Shown here one piece after another: positions 10,285 to 21,300 of a DNA stretch of 64,000 bases (positions within the stretch are counted from its first letter, which is position 1; every line of letters begins with the position of its first letter). The translations under genes were made by a program, and so were the position numbers. The stretch spans positions 384,001 to 448,000 of the forward strand of contig CAWFGE010000013.1 in the NCBI GenBank assembly GCA_963815195.1. Reading direction: 5' to 3'. This stretch comes from an uncultured Planctomycetaceae bacterium (GTDB taxonomy: Bacteria; Planctomycetota; Planctomycetia; Planctomycetales; Planctomycetaceae). Under the pieces are notes generated by a model. The model had not been told where the DNA came from. It did no database searches and saw nothing but the letters and a program-made list of their open reading frames with translations.

Positions 10285-11382
10285 TTAGGTTTTGAGCGAG
10301 GGCAATAAGCCGCAGTGGATCAGTGTGGGGCGAATGGGTTCCGGCGTAAAGTGATTCGCGGCGAGCCATTGGCGGTATTCTTGGGCGCTATAAGCCCGGC
10401 CTTCGGTTAAGCTGAAAAGTGCCGCGGAGTAGAGGGCGATTGGCAACGGGCCGTCGAGGTTGTCGTTCAAGAACACATCGTGGATCAAAAGCCTCCCGCC
10501 CGGCGCTAAAGCCTCCGCACAGCGGGCGATGAGTTCCCGGCACTCCGGCACGTCCCAATCGTGGAGCACGTTCGAGAGCAAAACCTGGTCGGCTTTCGGC
10601 AACGGATCGGCGAACATGTCGGCGGGATAGCATTCCAGCCGATCCGCGACGCCATAATCTCTCGCGAAGTCTTCTGCAATCTTGAGGACTTCCGGTCGGT
10701 CTAGCACGATGGCTTTGAGCCGGGTGTGTCTCTTCAAGCAGGCGATGCTATAAATGCCCGTGCCACCCCCGACGTCGAGTAAAACGCCTTCGGTCATCGG
10801 CAGCTGTTCTGCCAGATAGGGGGCGACGTTCTTGGCCCGTCCCGCGAGAGCCAAGGTCAAATGCCGGGCCGATTCGCTGTCTTCCATCGCCGACCGCATG
10901 CCGTCGCGATAAATGAAGGCGACGCCGGTTTCTTCCTGGTCGGCATTGGCCGGGCGATTGGACTTTAAGCGGGCGACCATTTCCAAAACGCCGGGGCTTT
11001 CCGCGGCAAGGCCGATGTAATCGCGGACATTATAGTAGCCGGCGGGCGAAAGGTGCTCGGCCGCGATTTGGGTAAGCGACAATGTCCCCTCGACATCTTG
11101 AACCAGGCCGACGGCTTTGAGGGCGGTGGTCAAAACGATGGCGGGGCGTTCTTCGAGTTTGAGAGCCTCGCGCAACTCGGCAAATGAGTGAGGCCGGTCG
11201 GAAAGCAGCCGAAATACGGGAAAATGAGCGACGGCCGCGGTCAAAAGTTCCGAACCGTAGCTGCCCCGAAACAGTTCAAAGATCGGGGACGGGTCCGTTT
11301 CCGGAAATTGGGCGGCGTCTGGTGCTTGCGGGGATGTCATGAGGCCGATCTTCGGAGGGGGGGACTTCGGAGAGGCCAGCAT
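10285..11382 (-). CDS. SAM-dependent O-methyltransferase (dimerisation domain plus Methyltransf_2)
   Basis: LLDVGGGTG, ADMF, LSNVLHDW, LAPGGRLLIHD. Confidence 0.88.
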   Translation of the reverse strand: MLASPKSPPPKIGLMTSPQAPDAAQFPETDPSPIFELFRGSYGSELLTAAVAHFPVFRLLSDRPHSFAELREALKLEERPAIVLTTALKAVGLVQDVEGTLSLTQIAAEHLSPAGYYNVRDYIGLAAESPGVLEMVARLKSNRPANADQEETGVAFIYRDGMRSAMEDSESARHLTLALAGRAKNVAPYLAEQLPMTEGVLLDVGGGTGIYSIACLKRHTRLKAIVLDRPEVLKIAEDFARDYGVADRLECYPADMFADPLPKADQVLLSNVLHDWDVPECRELIARCAEALAPGGRLLIHDVFLNDNLDGPLPIALYSAALFSLTEGRAYSAQEYRQWLAANHFTPEPIRPTLIHCGLLPSLKT

Positions 11383-11567
11383 AACACATCACCCCGAAAA
11401 AACCGACTCACTCCGAGCGGAGAGCCAGAAACCGCCAGGATCGCAAAACCCAGATCGAAGACCGCTACGTTCGCGGAGAGGTTCTGATTTTATTGCCACG
11501 ATGGTTGTTGGCGCGACGATCAAGTTTTCGCGCTACCATCGCGGAGCGATGGGCGACTTTCTTGGCG

Positions 11568-12278
11568 TTACGAGACTTGGGCGGCGGTGGTGGTGTCTTC
11601 GACGATTTTTCCGTCGCGGAGGCGGATCAAGCGGTTGGCTCGGCGGCCGATGTCTTCGCTGTGCGTGACGGTGATCAGCGTCATGCCCCGCTCCTGGTGC
11701 AGCCGATCGAACAGGGCCAGGATTTCCTGTTCCGTTTGCGAATCCAAGTTGCCGGTGGGTTCGTCGGCCATCAATAGGGCGGGATCGTTGGCGAGCGAGC
11801 GGGCAATCGCCACCCGCTGGCGCTCGCCCACGGACAGTTGCGAGGAGAGATGCTTCGCGCGGTGGCTCATGCCGACGGCGTCCAAAAGCTCGGCGGCCCG
11901 ATCGATTCGTTCTTGAGAAGACAAATTCCCCTCGAACATCGGGATCTGCACGTTTTCCGAAGCCGAGAGCGTGGGCAAGAGATAAAACGATTGGAACACG
12001 AACCCGATCCGCCGCGAGCGGAGCGCATCGAGGTCGCGCATCGTCGAGAGCGGTTCGCCCTCGAAATAGATCTCGCCGGAGGTGGGGCGGTCCAAGGCCC
12101 CCAGGAGGTTCAACAGCGTCGATTTGCCGGTGCCGCTCGGCCCCATGATGGCGACGTATTCGCCGTGCCGGATCGTCAGATTCATATCGACGATCGCGGT
12201 GACTTTGCCGTCGGGATAGACTTTGCCCAGATGCTCGGTGCGGATGAGGACGTTGTTTTCCGGGGGAGGGTTATTCAT
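11568..12278 (-). CDS. ABC transporter ATP-binding protein (MacB/LolD-like) of the PKS cluster
   Basis: [27 protein letters not shown]; start overlaps the permease stop. Confidence 0.92.
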   Translation of the reverse strand: MNNPPPENNVLIRTEHLGKVYPDGKVTAIVDMNLTIRHGEYVAIMGPSGTGKSTLLNLLGALDRPTSGEIYFEGEPLSTMRDLDALRSRRIGFVFQSFYLLPTLSASENVQIPMFEGNLSSQERIDRAAELLDAVGMSHRAKHLSSQLSVGERQRVAIARSLANDPALLMADEPTGNLDSQTEQEILALFDRLHQERGMTLITVTHSEDIGRRANRLIRLRDGKIVEDTTTAAQVS

Positions 12279-13433
12279 GGCGGAGTCCCTCCGAGGGCAG
12301 AAGTTGGGCGGCACGCCAGGCCGGGTAAGCTCCGCCCAGGAAGCCGACGACGAGGGCCAGAAGCACGCCTTTGAGGAGCACCACATCGGCGATCGAGCCT
12401 TCGATGAAACCCGCCACGGTGGGGACCTTGGTCAGCCAATGCACGAGCAGGATCGCGGCGACGATTCCCAAGACGGCTCCGACCAGGCTGAGGACCAAGG
12501 CTTCGCCCAGGATCATGCGGACCACGCGGGACTTCTTCCAGCCGATGGCCCGCAGGATGCTGATTTCCCGCACGCGTTCGACCACGGACATAATCATCGT
12601 GTTCAAGACGCCGATGGACCCGACGATGATCGCGATGGCCGAGGTGATCCACGCCATCGCATGGGCGACCTGGATTTGGAGGGAGTTTTTCACAAAATCT
12701 TTGGCGGCCAGCGCGGACAGCGAGACGAGGCGTCCGCCCAGTTTGCTTTTTAGCTTCAGCTTGTTGAGTTCGTCGGCGACCTTTTGAACGCCGGCTTCGT
12801 TTTTGTACCCATCTTCAAGCACAATGGCGAACCCGCTGACTTGGCCCTGCGCGAAGTTGAGGTCTTGGAGTTCGCTGAGCGGCAGGACGACGTTGTTGTT
12901 TTCGTAATGCACGAAGCTCTCGAAAATCCCCACAATTTTGAATTTCACGCCCTCGATCTCCATTGTGTCGCCCACGGTTTTCTGGATGCCCTGGGCGAGC
13001 TGCGTGCCCAAGAGGATCACATGATCTTCCCCGGGCTTGTAGCGCCGGCCTTTGAGGATTTTCAATTTGTCGAACAAGACGCTATTGGGTTCCCAACCCA
13101 ACAGCAGCAGAGCATTGATGCTCATTGTGCCCTCGCTCCAAGAGATGGCTTCCACCAACGAGGGCGACACCTTTTTCACGCCGGGAACTTTGGCGATTTG
13201 GGTTTTGAAGGATTCATCAAGGCGGCTACTGGAGGGATCGGGGTTGTTGGCTTCGGAAACGATGATGTCGAAGTCGGCGCGGTCATGGAGCGGAGCCAGG
13301 TCCGCTCGAAGCTGTCCGAGACGCCAAGAAGCGCGACGGTCGTTCCGACCGCGACGGCAAAACCGATGCACGTCAGCGCGGAGCGGACCCTCCGCCGGAA
13401 CAGATTCTTGAGAAGTAATGTCGAAAACCACAT
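12271..13433 (-). CDS. ABC transporter permease (FtsX/MacB-like); apparent frameshift near 13280
   Basis: N-terminus MWFSTLLLKNLFRRRVRSALT in one frame; NTMIMSVVERVREISILRAIGW and YPAWRAA in the other. Confidence 0.88.
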
Positions 13434-13553
13434 GGTGTAGAAATTCCAATGACCAACGCCGGAGACTCGTCGGACCTTAGCCAGAAAAGAGCAAAGCGAG
13501 AAGGCGGAAGCCTCCGATCTTCGCCCGTGAATCAGGCACTGAGCCATTAAAGC

Positions 13554-14423
13554 TTAACGATCGACCTTGATTCTTTCCGGCTCTTGACCCCTGGCCATTC
13601 GCATTAAGTGCAGCTTTACGAGGCGGGCGAACTCGGCGGAGTTTTGCAGCGGCGCCACGTGCCGGGCCCCGGCCACCGTGTCGATTTTACAATTCGGCAG
13701 ATGGCTTTCCAAGTACCGGCAGGTGGCAGCGAAGGTGGTGTCCTCATCGTAAAGGCCCACCACGGGGACCGCGACGGAGCGAATTTTCTCCGCGGTGAGC
13801 CCGGCCGGTTCAAACACATCGACCCCGGCGGTGGTGCCGGCCAGTTTCGCCAGCTGCGAGAGCCAGCGCGTGGCGGACGCCCCCATCACGCCGCGGATGG
13901 CTTCGGTTTGTTCAGAGGTCAACCCCGCGACGATGTCGAACAGGCTCCCGAAATCGACCTGCTCGCCGATCTCCACATCGGCTTTCAAAAGATCCTGCCG
14001 CAGCTCTTTCCAGATCGCGGTGTCGGCGATGTTGGGTTCGATGTCTTTGAGGCCCGGAAAATAGGTGTCGGAAGCGATCACTCCGGCGGCCAGTTCGGGA
14101 TATTCCGCCGCCGCGTGCATTGCGACCACGCCGCCGAAGCTATGCCCCACCAAATACGCGGGCCCGAGATCCAAAGCGGCATGCAGTTGATGGAGGTCTT
14201 CGGTCATCTCGGCCGAGGTGTAGCCGGTTTGGGGAATCTCGCTGACGCCGTGGCCCCGGAGGTCGTAGCTCGTCACGCGGAAATCGCCCGCCAGATGCTC
14301 CACCAAACCGGTGAGCATCCAGATGGCCATGTTGCTGGTGAAGGCGTGGATCAACACCACATCCGGGCCTTGGCCGGACTGTTGATAGTGGAGATTGATC
14401 CCATTCACGTTGATATGCGGCAT
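13554..14423 (-). CDS. Alpha/beta hydrolase (candidate thioesterase/release enzyme)
   Basis: YDLRGHG, nucleophile elbow GHSFGG, C-terminal His in GARH. Confidence 0.88.
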   Translation of the reverse strand: MPHINVNGINLHYQQSGQGPDVVLIHAFTSNMAIWMLTGLVEHLAGDFRVTSYDLRGHGVSEIPQTGYTSAEMTEDLHQLHAALDLGPAYLVGHSFGGVVAMHAAAEYPELAAGVIASDTYFPGLKDIEPNIADTAIWKELRQDLLKADVEIGEQVDFGSLFDIVAGLTSEQTEAIRGVMGASATRWLSQLAKLAGTTAGVDVFEPAGLTAEKIRSVAVPVVGLYDEDTTFAATCRYLESHLPNCKIDTVAGARHVAPLQNSAEFARLVKLHLMRMARGQEPERIKVDR

Positions 14424-14443
14424 AAGATTTTGTCCGTGTTATC

Positions 14444-14524
14444 GGCGAGCGTGGGGCGTCAGCCCCATGATGCTTACGTTCTTTGAAGTTATCACGATCA
14501 TGGGGCTGACGCCCCACGCTCGCC
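14444..14524. repeat. REP doublet, family A: 28-bp perfect inverted repeat with 25-nt spacer
   Basis: GGCGAGCGTGGGGCGTCAGCCCCATGAT (14444-14471) and ATCATGGGGCTGACGCCCCACGCTCGCC (14497-14524). Confidence 0.88.
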
Positions 14525-14794
14525 TAAATGCTCGTGCACGAAGCGGGCGAGTTCTCCGATTTCCAGATCCGTCGCACCGCGGTTGCCGAGGTCCGTCAGT
14601 AATTCGTTGAAACGGAGCTTTTGACCGAAGTGCTGTTCGAGTTGTTCCCCTAAGACCACGGCGTCGATCGAAGCGCAGCCCAGATCATCGAAGAATCGGG
14701 TGGAGGGCCCGATCTCGCCCGAATATTCCCGGCCCTCAAAACTTCTCAAGAGGCCGGCGATTTCTCGGAAGACATCGTCGTAGCTGCGGGACAT
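14498..14794 (-). CDS. Stand-alone acyl carrier protein
   Basis: 98 aa acidic protein; FFDDLGCASIDAVVL..LEQHFG carrier-protein pattern with the Ser retained. Confidence 0.8.
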   Translation of the reverse strand: MSRSYDDVFREIAGLLRSFEGREYSGEIGPSTRFFDDLGCASIDAVVLGEQLEQHFGQKLRFNELLTDLGNRGATDLEIGELARFVHEHLGERGASAP

Positions 14795-17700
14795 AGGTTC
14801 GGGCTTTCCAACAGAATCGTGGCAATCACAAAATCATCCTTGCGAATGGTCCGCACGTCCAGCGGGCCTCCCATTTCCATCGGCAATCGTTCGGCGAGAC
14901 GTTGGGAAATCTCGACCGTCACCCCGCCGCCGGCCGGGTCGAACGACGTCACCTCCAGGCTGGAGGGCCCCTCCACCAGTCCTTGGCCCAGGGCTTTGGA
15001 AACGGCTTCCTTGGCGCACCAGAAGCGGGTGACGACTTCATCGCGGTCCATCGCCGCGGCGGAAATCAGTTCTTGTTCGCTTTTATTGAACGCGGCTTTG
15101 ACGAAACTTTCCTCGCGCACCGTGATCCGCTCCAAATCGATGCCGGGGCTTCGATCGAACGCCGCGAGCGCCGCGACGATTCCGTCGGTGTGAGCAATCG
15201 ACACCTGGGGGTAATCGTCGGGCCGTTCCCGGCCGAGGGGCGACGCCACCGGTTTGCCGTGTTCGTCGGGAGCGATCGCAATATCCGCCGGCACCATCGC
15301 ATCGCCGGTCCGCTTCCGCCACAGGATGCGAATGGCATCCTTGGCGGCCAGCCGGCCGAACACCCACTGGGATTTTCGCTGGGCCGGCAATTCGAGTCTG
15401 CGGAAGGTTTTTACTTCGTCTTCCGTCAACGCCACGCGGGCCGAGGCGAGCATCATGCCCGGGGTTTGCAGATCCTGGGGCGGCATCATGCCCACGCACC
15501 AGGCCGACGGTTCGTTTGAATCGAAATCCTCGCCGATCGCCTCGGGCCAGTTCTCGCTGATGAAATAGTTTTCTTTCGGGCCGTGGAAGTTGTATTCGCC
15601 GAACGGCAGGTAAAACCGCCAGTATTTGAGCTTCTCCATCGTGCACCAGATGCGATTTTGCGGCCCTACGACTTCCACCGAATGCGTGAACCGGCGGGAA
15701 GACTCGTGCAGCATGCGCCCGCGGGAGGTCATCTCGGTATCGACCGCCGGGCGGGGGCCGTAGAACCTGATGTCGCCGAGTTCGTAAGGCAACAAAATTC
15801 GCCCGGATTGATCGGGCTGCTCCAGATGCCAGCCGGCCAAGGGGTGCATCGCGACGTCCATCAGCACCGGGTCCAAGACGAACTGCGGATCGGGATCGGA
15901 GCGGAACAGTCCGTCCCGCGGCAGCACGCGAATCTGGCTTTGGATGCCTTCTTCGCCGTACCGGTCGAGCGACACCACGCCCTGGAAAAACTCGCCGTGA
16001 AACAAGTTTTTGTAAAGCACATCCAACGGAATTCGGCAGGGGTGTTCTCCGGTGAGCGGGAAATCCTCCACCGGCGGCGGGGCCGGGTAACGGTCGGCCA
16101 TCTCCACCGTCGCGACGGCGGCGAGATCGCCTTTGTGATCGGGGCGGTCCGGCTCGAAGCCCAGATCGAAAATCCGTATTTCCAAAGTCGCAGACTCTTC
16201 GTCGCATTGCCTGACCCGCGCGGTGAGCTCGACGGTACGCGGTTGGTCTTCATCGAACTCCAACCACTTCGCGAGCTGCACGTTGCAGATGGCCGTGACC
16301 ACCATTCCGGGCACCGCCAAGGTCGCGGCCTCGGCCATCATCTCCAGACTGAATGTCATCGGCACCACGGGCTGGCCGTTGCGTTCGGGGTGGACGTAAC
16401 TGATGTCCCGCCCGCCGACGGTGTGATGGTCGCCGTAGATGTCTTCCTCCACATCTAACCGCCTCCGCACCACCAACTCCTGTCCGGGGATCGAGCGAAC
16501 GATCTGGCCGATCAAAGGCAATCGATGCTGCGGCGGAGTTGCCTCGGCGGCCGGCTCGGGCGAAGGCATTTCCTGCGGGTGGGGATGAGAATATGCAGCA
16601 AGCGCCGGCCTCGACGGTCTCCAGGAAACGCCGCTCCGCCGCAGATGCAAAAACTGCTGCATCACGTCTTCTTGCAAGTCGAGGAACTCGCCCATTACGT
16701 TCCAATACTCGTTCACCACGCCGGCTCTGCCGCCCGCGGAATGGGTACGCGGGGCGATCGGCCAGGCTTTTTCGTTTGCCGTCGTTTGCGGCACCGGTTC
16801 TGGTTCTTGGGGCTCGCTGTGTTGTGAAGCTCGGTCCGGATAGAGGGATTCAATCCGCATGGGCACGTGATGGGCGAACAACTGCCCCAAAACGTGATGG
16901 AGTTGCGTGATGCCCGAATGCCGTTGCACGTCGGCGGAGATGGCCAGGAACTCCCGGCCGCGGAGGATGTCGGAGACGAACGAAGCCAGGTTTCCCCGCG
17001 GGCCGAGTTCCAAAAAAATCCGCACGCCGTCGTCGTGCATGTTGCGGATCATCTGGGAGAACTCGACCGGTAGAATCCAATGCGACATCGCCAGATTGTG
17101 GATGGCTTCCGGTTCGCGCGGGAAGGGTTTTCCGGTCGTGCAGGAATACAGCTTCGTTGCCGGGGCGTGAAATTGCATGTCGTCGAACATGCGCGCAACG
17201 GCCCCAGTTGCGGCTCGAACAGCGGCGTGTGATACGGGCGGCTGAAGGGCAGTCGCTCGTGCATGATCTTCCGCTCGCGGAGCGTCTCCGCCACGGACTG
17301 CATCGCGTCCGGCGGGCCGACGACCACGGTCTGATGCGGGCAGTTGTCCATCGCGAGGAACAACGGCGAAGCATCGGCCGGGTAGCCGAACTCCGCGGTC
17401 ACCTCGGCCAGAAGTTCGAGCATCGTTTCCCGCGAAGCCCCCACGGCCAGGAGCACGCTTCCCGTGCCCGCGGCTTGCTCATCGGCTTCGAGAAAGTCCA
17501 TCGTCCGCTGCACCTGCGGCACATCCAGCCCGTCGACCAAGCATTCCGACATCCACAGCGCCGCCAGTTCCCCCGCACTGTGCCCGGCTAAGGCGTCGGG
17601 CTTGATGCCCAGCGAACGGAACAATTCCCACAGCGCCCAATCGACCATGAGCACGCTGAACATCGTGTCGCCCAAGCCGCGAAGCTCTTTGTTCAATGCG

Positions 17701-18209
17701 TCCCGCTCCGCGTCGTTTTCGGGAACCGCAAGGAATCGGCTCAAGGGAGCGTTGCCCTGCTCGCGGCTCATCTGATCGCACTCGACGATAATCTTCGCCA
17801 CGGCGGGAAACCGGTCTGGCAAATCGCCGATCATCCCCAAATACGGCGCCCCTTCGCCGGGAAACAGCACCGCCAACTGGCCGGCGATTCCGAGGGGACT
17901 CTCGAAAAAGTAAATCCCCTTGACGTCCCGAATTTGCCGGCAATCGGCATCGGCGAGACGATCCCCCGCCCGCTGGAGTGTTTCCGATAGATCCGAAACC
18001 GACTTCGCCACGATCGCCAACCGCACGGCCTCTGGCGTTTGGGTATTGAGCGAAACCGCCCAATCCGCCAGGTTGGCTGCGGGCTGTTGTTCGCAGAACG
18101 ATTGCAGTTCCCGCACCCGCTGAATCAACCCGGAACGATCCGCGGCGGAAAGCAGGATCAGCTCCGTCTCCGAGTTCAAATGGTTGGATGATGTACTTGA
18201 AAACGCCAT
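14746..18209 (-). CDS. PKS subunit: AT - dehydratase - Sfp-type PPTase, no KS; apparent frameshift near 17193
   Basis: LFPGEG, GHSAG, RPYHTPL (AT); DHHTVGG..PVVP, LFHG, DPVLMD (DH); GRLAAKDA, VSIAH, GIDLE, FWCAKEAVSKALG (PPTase). Confidence 0.88.
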
Positions 18210-18237
18210 ATGACCGATTCGATTGAATGTTTCAAAG

Positions 18238-18352
18238 GAGCCTCGCACGAAGTAAGCCGTTGGAGTTCGCTCGATTTCGTGACCGCTTACTTCGTGCGCG
18301 GCTCTGTTTTTTGTAGTGACCGCTTACTTCGTGCGCGGCTCTGTTTTTTGTA
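18238..18352. repeat. REP family B inverted pair with an exact 37-bp tandem duplication of one arm
   Basis: GAGCCTCGCACGAAGTAAGCCGT (18238-18260), then GTGACCGCTTACTTCGTGCGCGGCTCTGTTTTTTGTA twice (18279-18315, 18316-18352); same family at 39452-39518. Confidence 0.85.
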
Positions 18353-18365
18353 GTGATTCGATTTT

Positions 18366-21300
18366 CTAACTCGCGTCCGCGGCGGCCATTGGGGCGGGTT
18401 TGCCCGTTGTTTGGCCGCTGCGTTTGGGGCGGATTTCGTGTTCCTCGCCGCCCGCGATCAATACTTCCGACTCGCCTTTCTTTCCGTGCTCCAACTCGTC
18501 GGCAAAGCGTTTGGCTCCCTCGTCCGGGGGGATCAGTTTGAGGCCGCGTTTGACCAGATGCTTCTCCAAATGCGAGACCATCCCCACTTCCGCCCACGGC
18601 CCCCAAGCCACGGCGAACACCCGGCCCGGCCACTGGCGGTCGAGCGAATGGGCGAGCTTGCTGAGAACTTCGTTCGCCGCCGCGTAATCCGATTGGCCGC
18701 GGTTTCCATATCGGCTGGCGATCGAAGCGAAGAAAGAACAGAACTTGAGCGATGCGGGATTGAGATGCCTCGCCAGAATGCTCGCGCTGTCCACCTTCGT
18801 CCCGAACACGCGGTCGAAGGATTCCGGCGTCTTGTCGCGGACGAGTTTGTCATCGATAATCCCCGCCCCGTGAATCACGCCGGCGATCCCGCCCTGGGAT
18901 TCCAGTTCTTCAATCAGCGCGGACATCGCCTGCTCGTCGCGAACATCCGCCGCGCGGTAGGTCACTTTGGCTCCTGTTTCCCGCAGAGCTTCGAGGTTCG
19001 ATAAAATCTCCCGGTCCCGCATCAACCGCTGATAAATCTCTTCGACCTTCGCGGGAGTGAAGGCGTCGCCTGAGGTTTGGAGTCGCTTGATGAGCACCGC
19101 TTTGATTTCCGCCTGGTCGGTGAGGTTCGCGGTCTCGGCGGCTTCGGGTTGAGGTTCCGCGGATCGGCCGACGATCACCAGATGCGGCTGGTAGCGGTTG
19201 GCAAGTTCCAAGGCAATCCGGGCCGTGATCCCCCGCGCTCCGCCCGTCACCAGAACGGTGGAATCGGAATCGAGCAGGAGGTGGGTTTCGTCTTCGTCCA
19301 ATCCGACATTCACCGGCTCCCAGGTCACGCGGTTCGACTGGCAGTAGCCAACTTCCAACGGCCCCTCCGTATCGCTGAGTTCGTTCAATAATATTTCCGC
19401 GAATTGGGCGGGCGAGGAGACATCATCGAAATCGACGGCCCTGACCAAAACTTCCGGCCATTCGGAACCCAGGCATTTCGTAAAGCCCACGATCCCGCCG
19501 TAGCCCGGCAGGAAATCCGCAGGGAGCGGGTTCTCGCCGAAGGCCAATTCGCCGCCCATCAAGGTCGGGGCGAGGAAGAACGAGCCGCCGTCCTCGCCCG
19601 CTTCGCGAAGATCGCTTTCCAAGCCGCGCGAGAAGGTACAGCGACTTCACATCCCGGTGAGCCCGAACGGTCCCACGTTTCCTGTATCATCCGCCTGGGC
19701 GAGCGGTGCAAGATGAATGAAGCCGCCGATGCTGCCGTTTTCGTCCCGCACGCGGCTGAGCAATTCGTTCACGGCGCCCGCATCGGTCAAATCGGTTTCG
19801 GCGGGATTGACGATGCGCACATCGACTTCAAAGTCCGCAAGCCGGCCGGCGATTTCCCCGGCCAGTCCGCGCCCGTCATCGGTGATCAACACGCAGCCGG
19901 CGGGGATCATCATGGAACCGCCGGGGAGCGGCAGGTCCACGATTTCCACCAGGCCGCGCTGGACTTTCAGTCCCTCATCGCCGGGCGAGGCTTTTTTTTT
20001 GAGGCCCCGTTCGACTGGGCGAGCTCGGCCGCGGATTCCTCCTCGGCGGGAGCCCCCGTTTCGGCCAGGGCTTCTTCGAGATAATCGATGATGCCGCCCA
20101 ACGTGCGGAGCGTGGTGAGCTGCTCGAGTTCGATGGGCGAATCCATTTCATCGTCCTCGGTGCCGAGCGATTCCGCGAGCGAGCCGAGGATTTCGACGCG
20201 TTTGATCGAATCGATGCCCAGTTCGCCTTCGAGATCGAGATCCATCCGCAGCATGTCTTTGGGATAGCCCGTGCGGGCGCTGACGAGTTCCAGGAGCTGC
20301 GCTGTGAGCGATTCCCGCGTGACCGCCGGGGCCGCGGCTTCTTTCACTTCCGCCGCTTTCGCGGGGGCCGGTTCCGCAGCGGGTTCGGGTTTCGGTTCCG
20401 GCTTGGGAGCGACTCCGTTGGCCGTCCCATTCATCCCCGCCGAGGCATGCGCAGGAGCGCCGTTCATCGCGGCTCCATTCCCCGCGGTCCCATGGGCCGG
20501 AGCCTGCGGCGCGTAAGAACCGTTTCCGTTCGCGGAGGCGTAGTGCGGGGGCTGCGCCGGCGTCGCGGGGTGCGATGTGCTGGGAATATCAATCGGAGCC
20601 GCGTGGGCGTCGCCTTGCAGATAGGCGAGCATCACGTTCCGCTGAGTGTCCAAGAACCGTGACATCAAATGCTGAAAGCCGTGCATCACCTGCGTGACAT
20701 CGTCCCCGGACATGGGAACGCTGGGCGTCTGATGCCGGACGGCGGGTAAACCGGCCTGGTTGCCGTTGCCGTGGCTGGCTCCGTTACCGTTGCCGTTGTA
20801 GGCGGCCGCAGCATGGCTGGGAGCCGGGGCGGCGGCCTGAGGCGGGGCGGCTTGGGCGGCGGGTTGTTCGGGCAGGCGGTTGGTGCTGCCGTTCTGGGCG
20901 GAATGTGCTGGAGGCACGGCGGGGGTCTCCTCGAGGTTGGTGTGGCCGTTCTGCTTCATGGATTGAGATTGTCCCAACAAGAAAGGTTCAGGAGCGTCAA
21001 GGGGTCGATTACGAATGCCATTGACCATCCATGTGGTCCGCGACAGGGGAGCCGGTTTGACATCGTGTTCCAGGTTCGTCAGGTTGTACGGGGCGAGATC
21101 CCGGTCTTCGTAGAGGCGGTCCAACCGCATGGGAACGCCATGCACCAGAAGCTGCGCGAGGGCATGCTGCAATTGGACGATTCCGTCGCGGCCTTTGATG
21201 TCCGTGGCCACGGCGAGATGCGGACGGTCCCCTAGAATCTGGTGGACCAATCCCGTGAGCACGCCCTGCGGTCCGACTTCGATGAAGATCGTCGCACCGG

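Noticed and set aside
18279..18352. 37-bp direct repeats as a CRISPR array
   Set aside because: Only two copies, no spacer, no cas genes, and the unit is an arm of a REP also found at 39452-39518.
19647..19649. In-frame TGA in the KR region as selenocysteine or readthrough
   Set aside because: The adjacent frame reads DVKSLYLLAR, a better KR-like segment, which indicates a compensating pair of indels.
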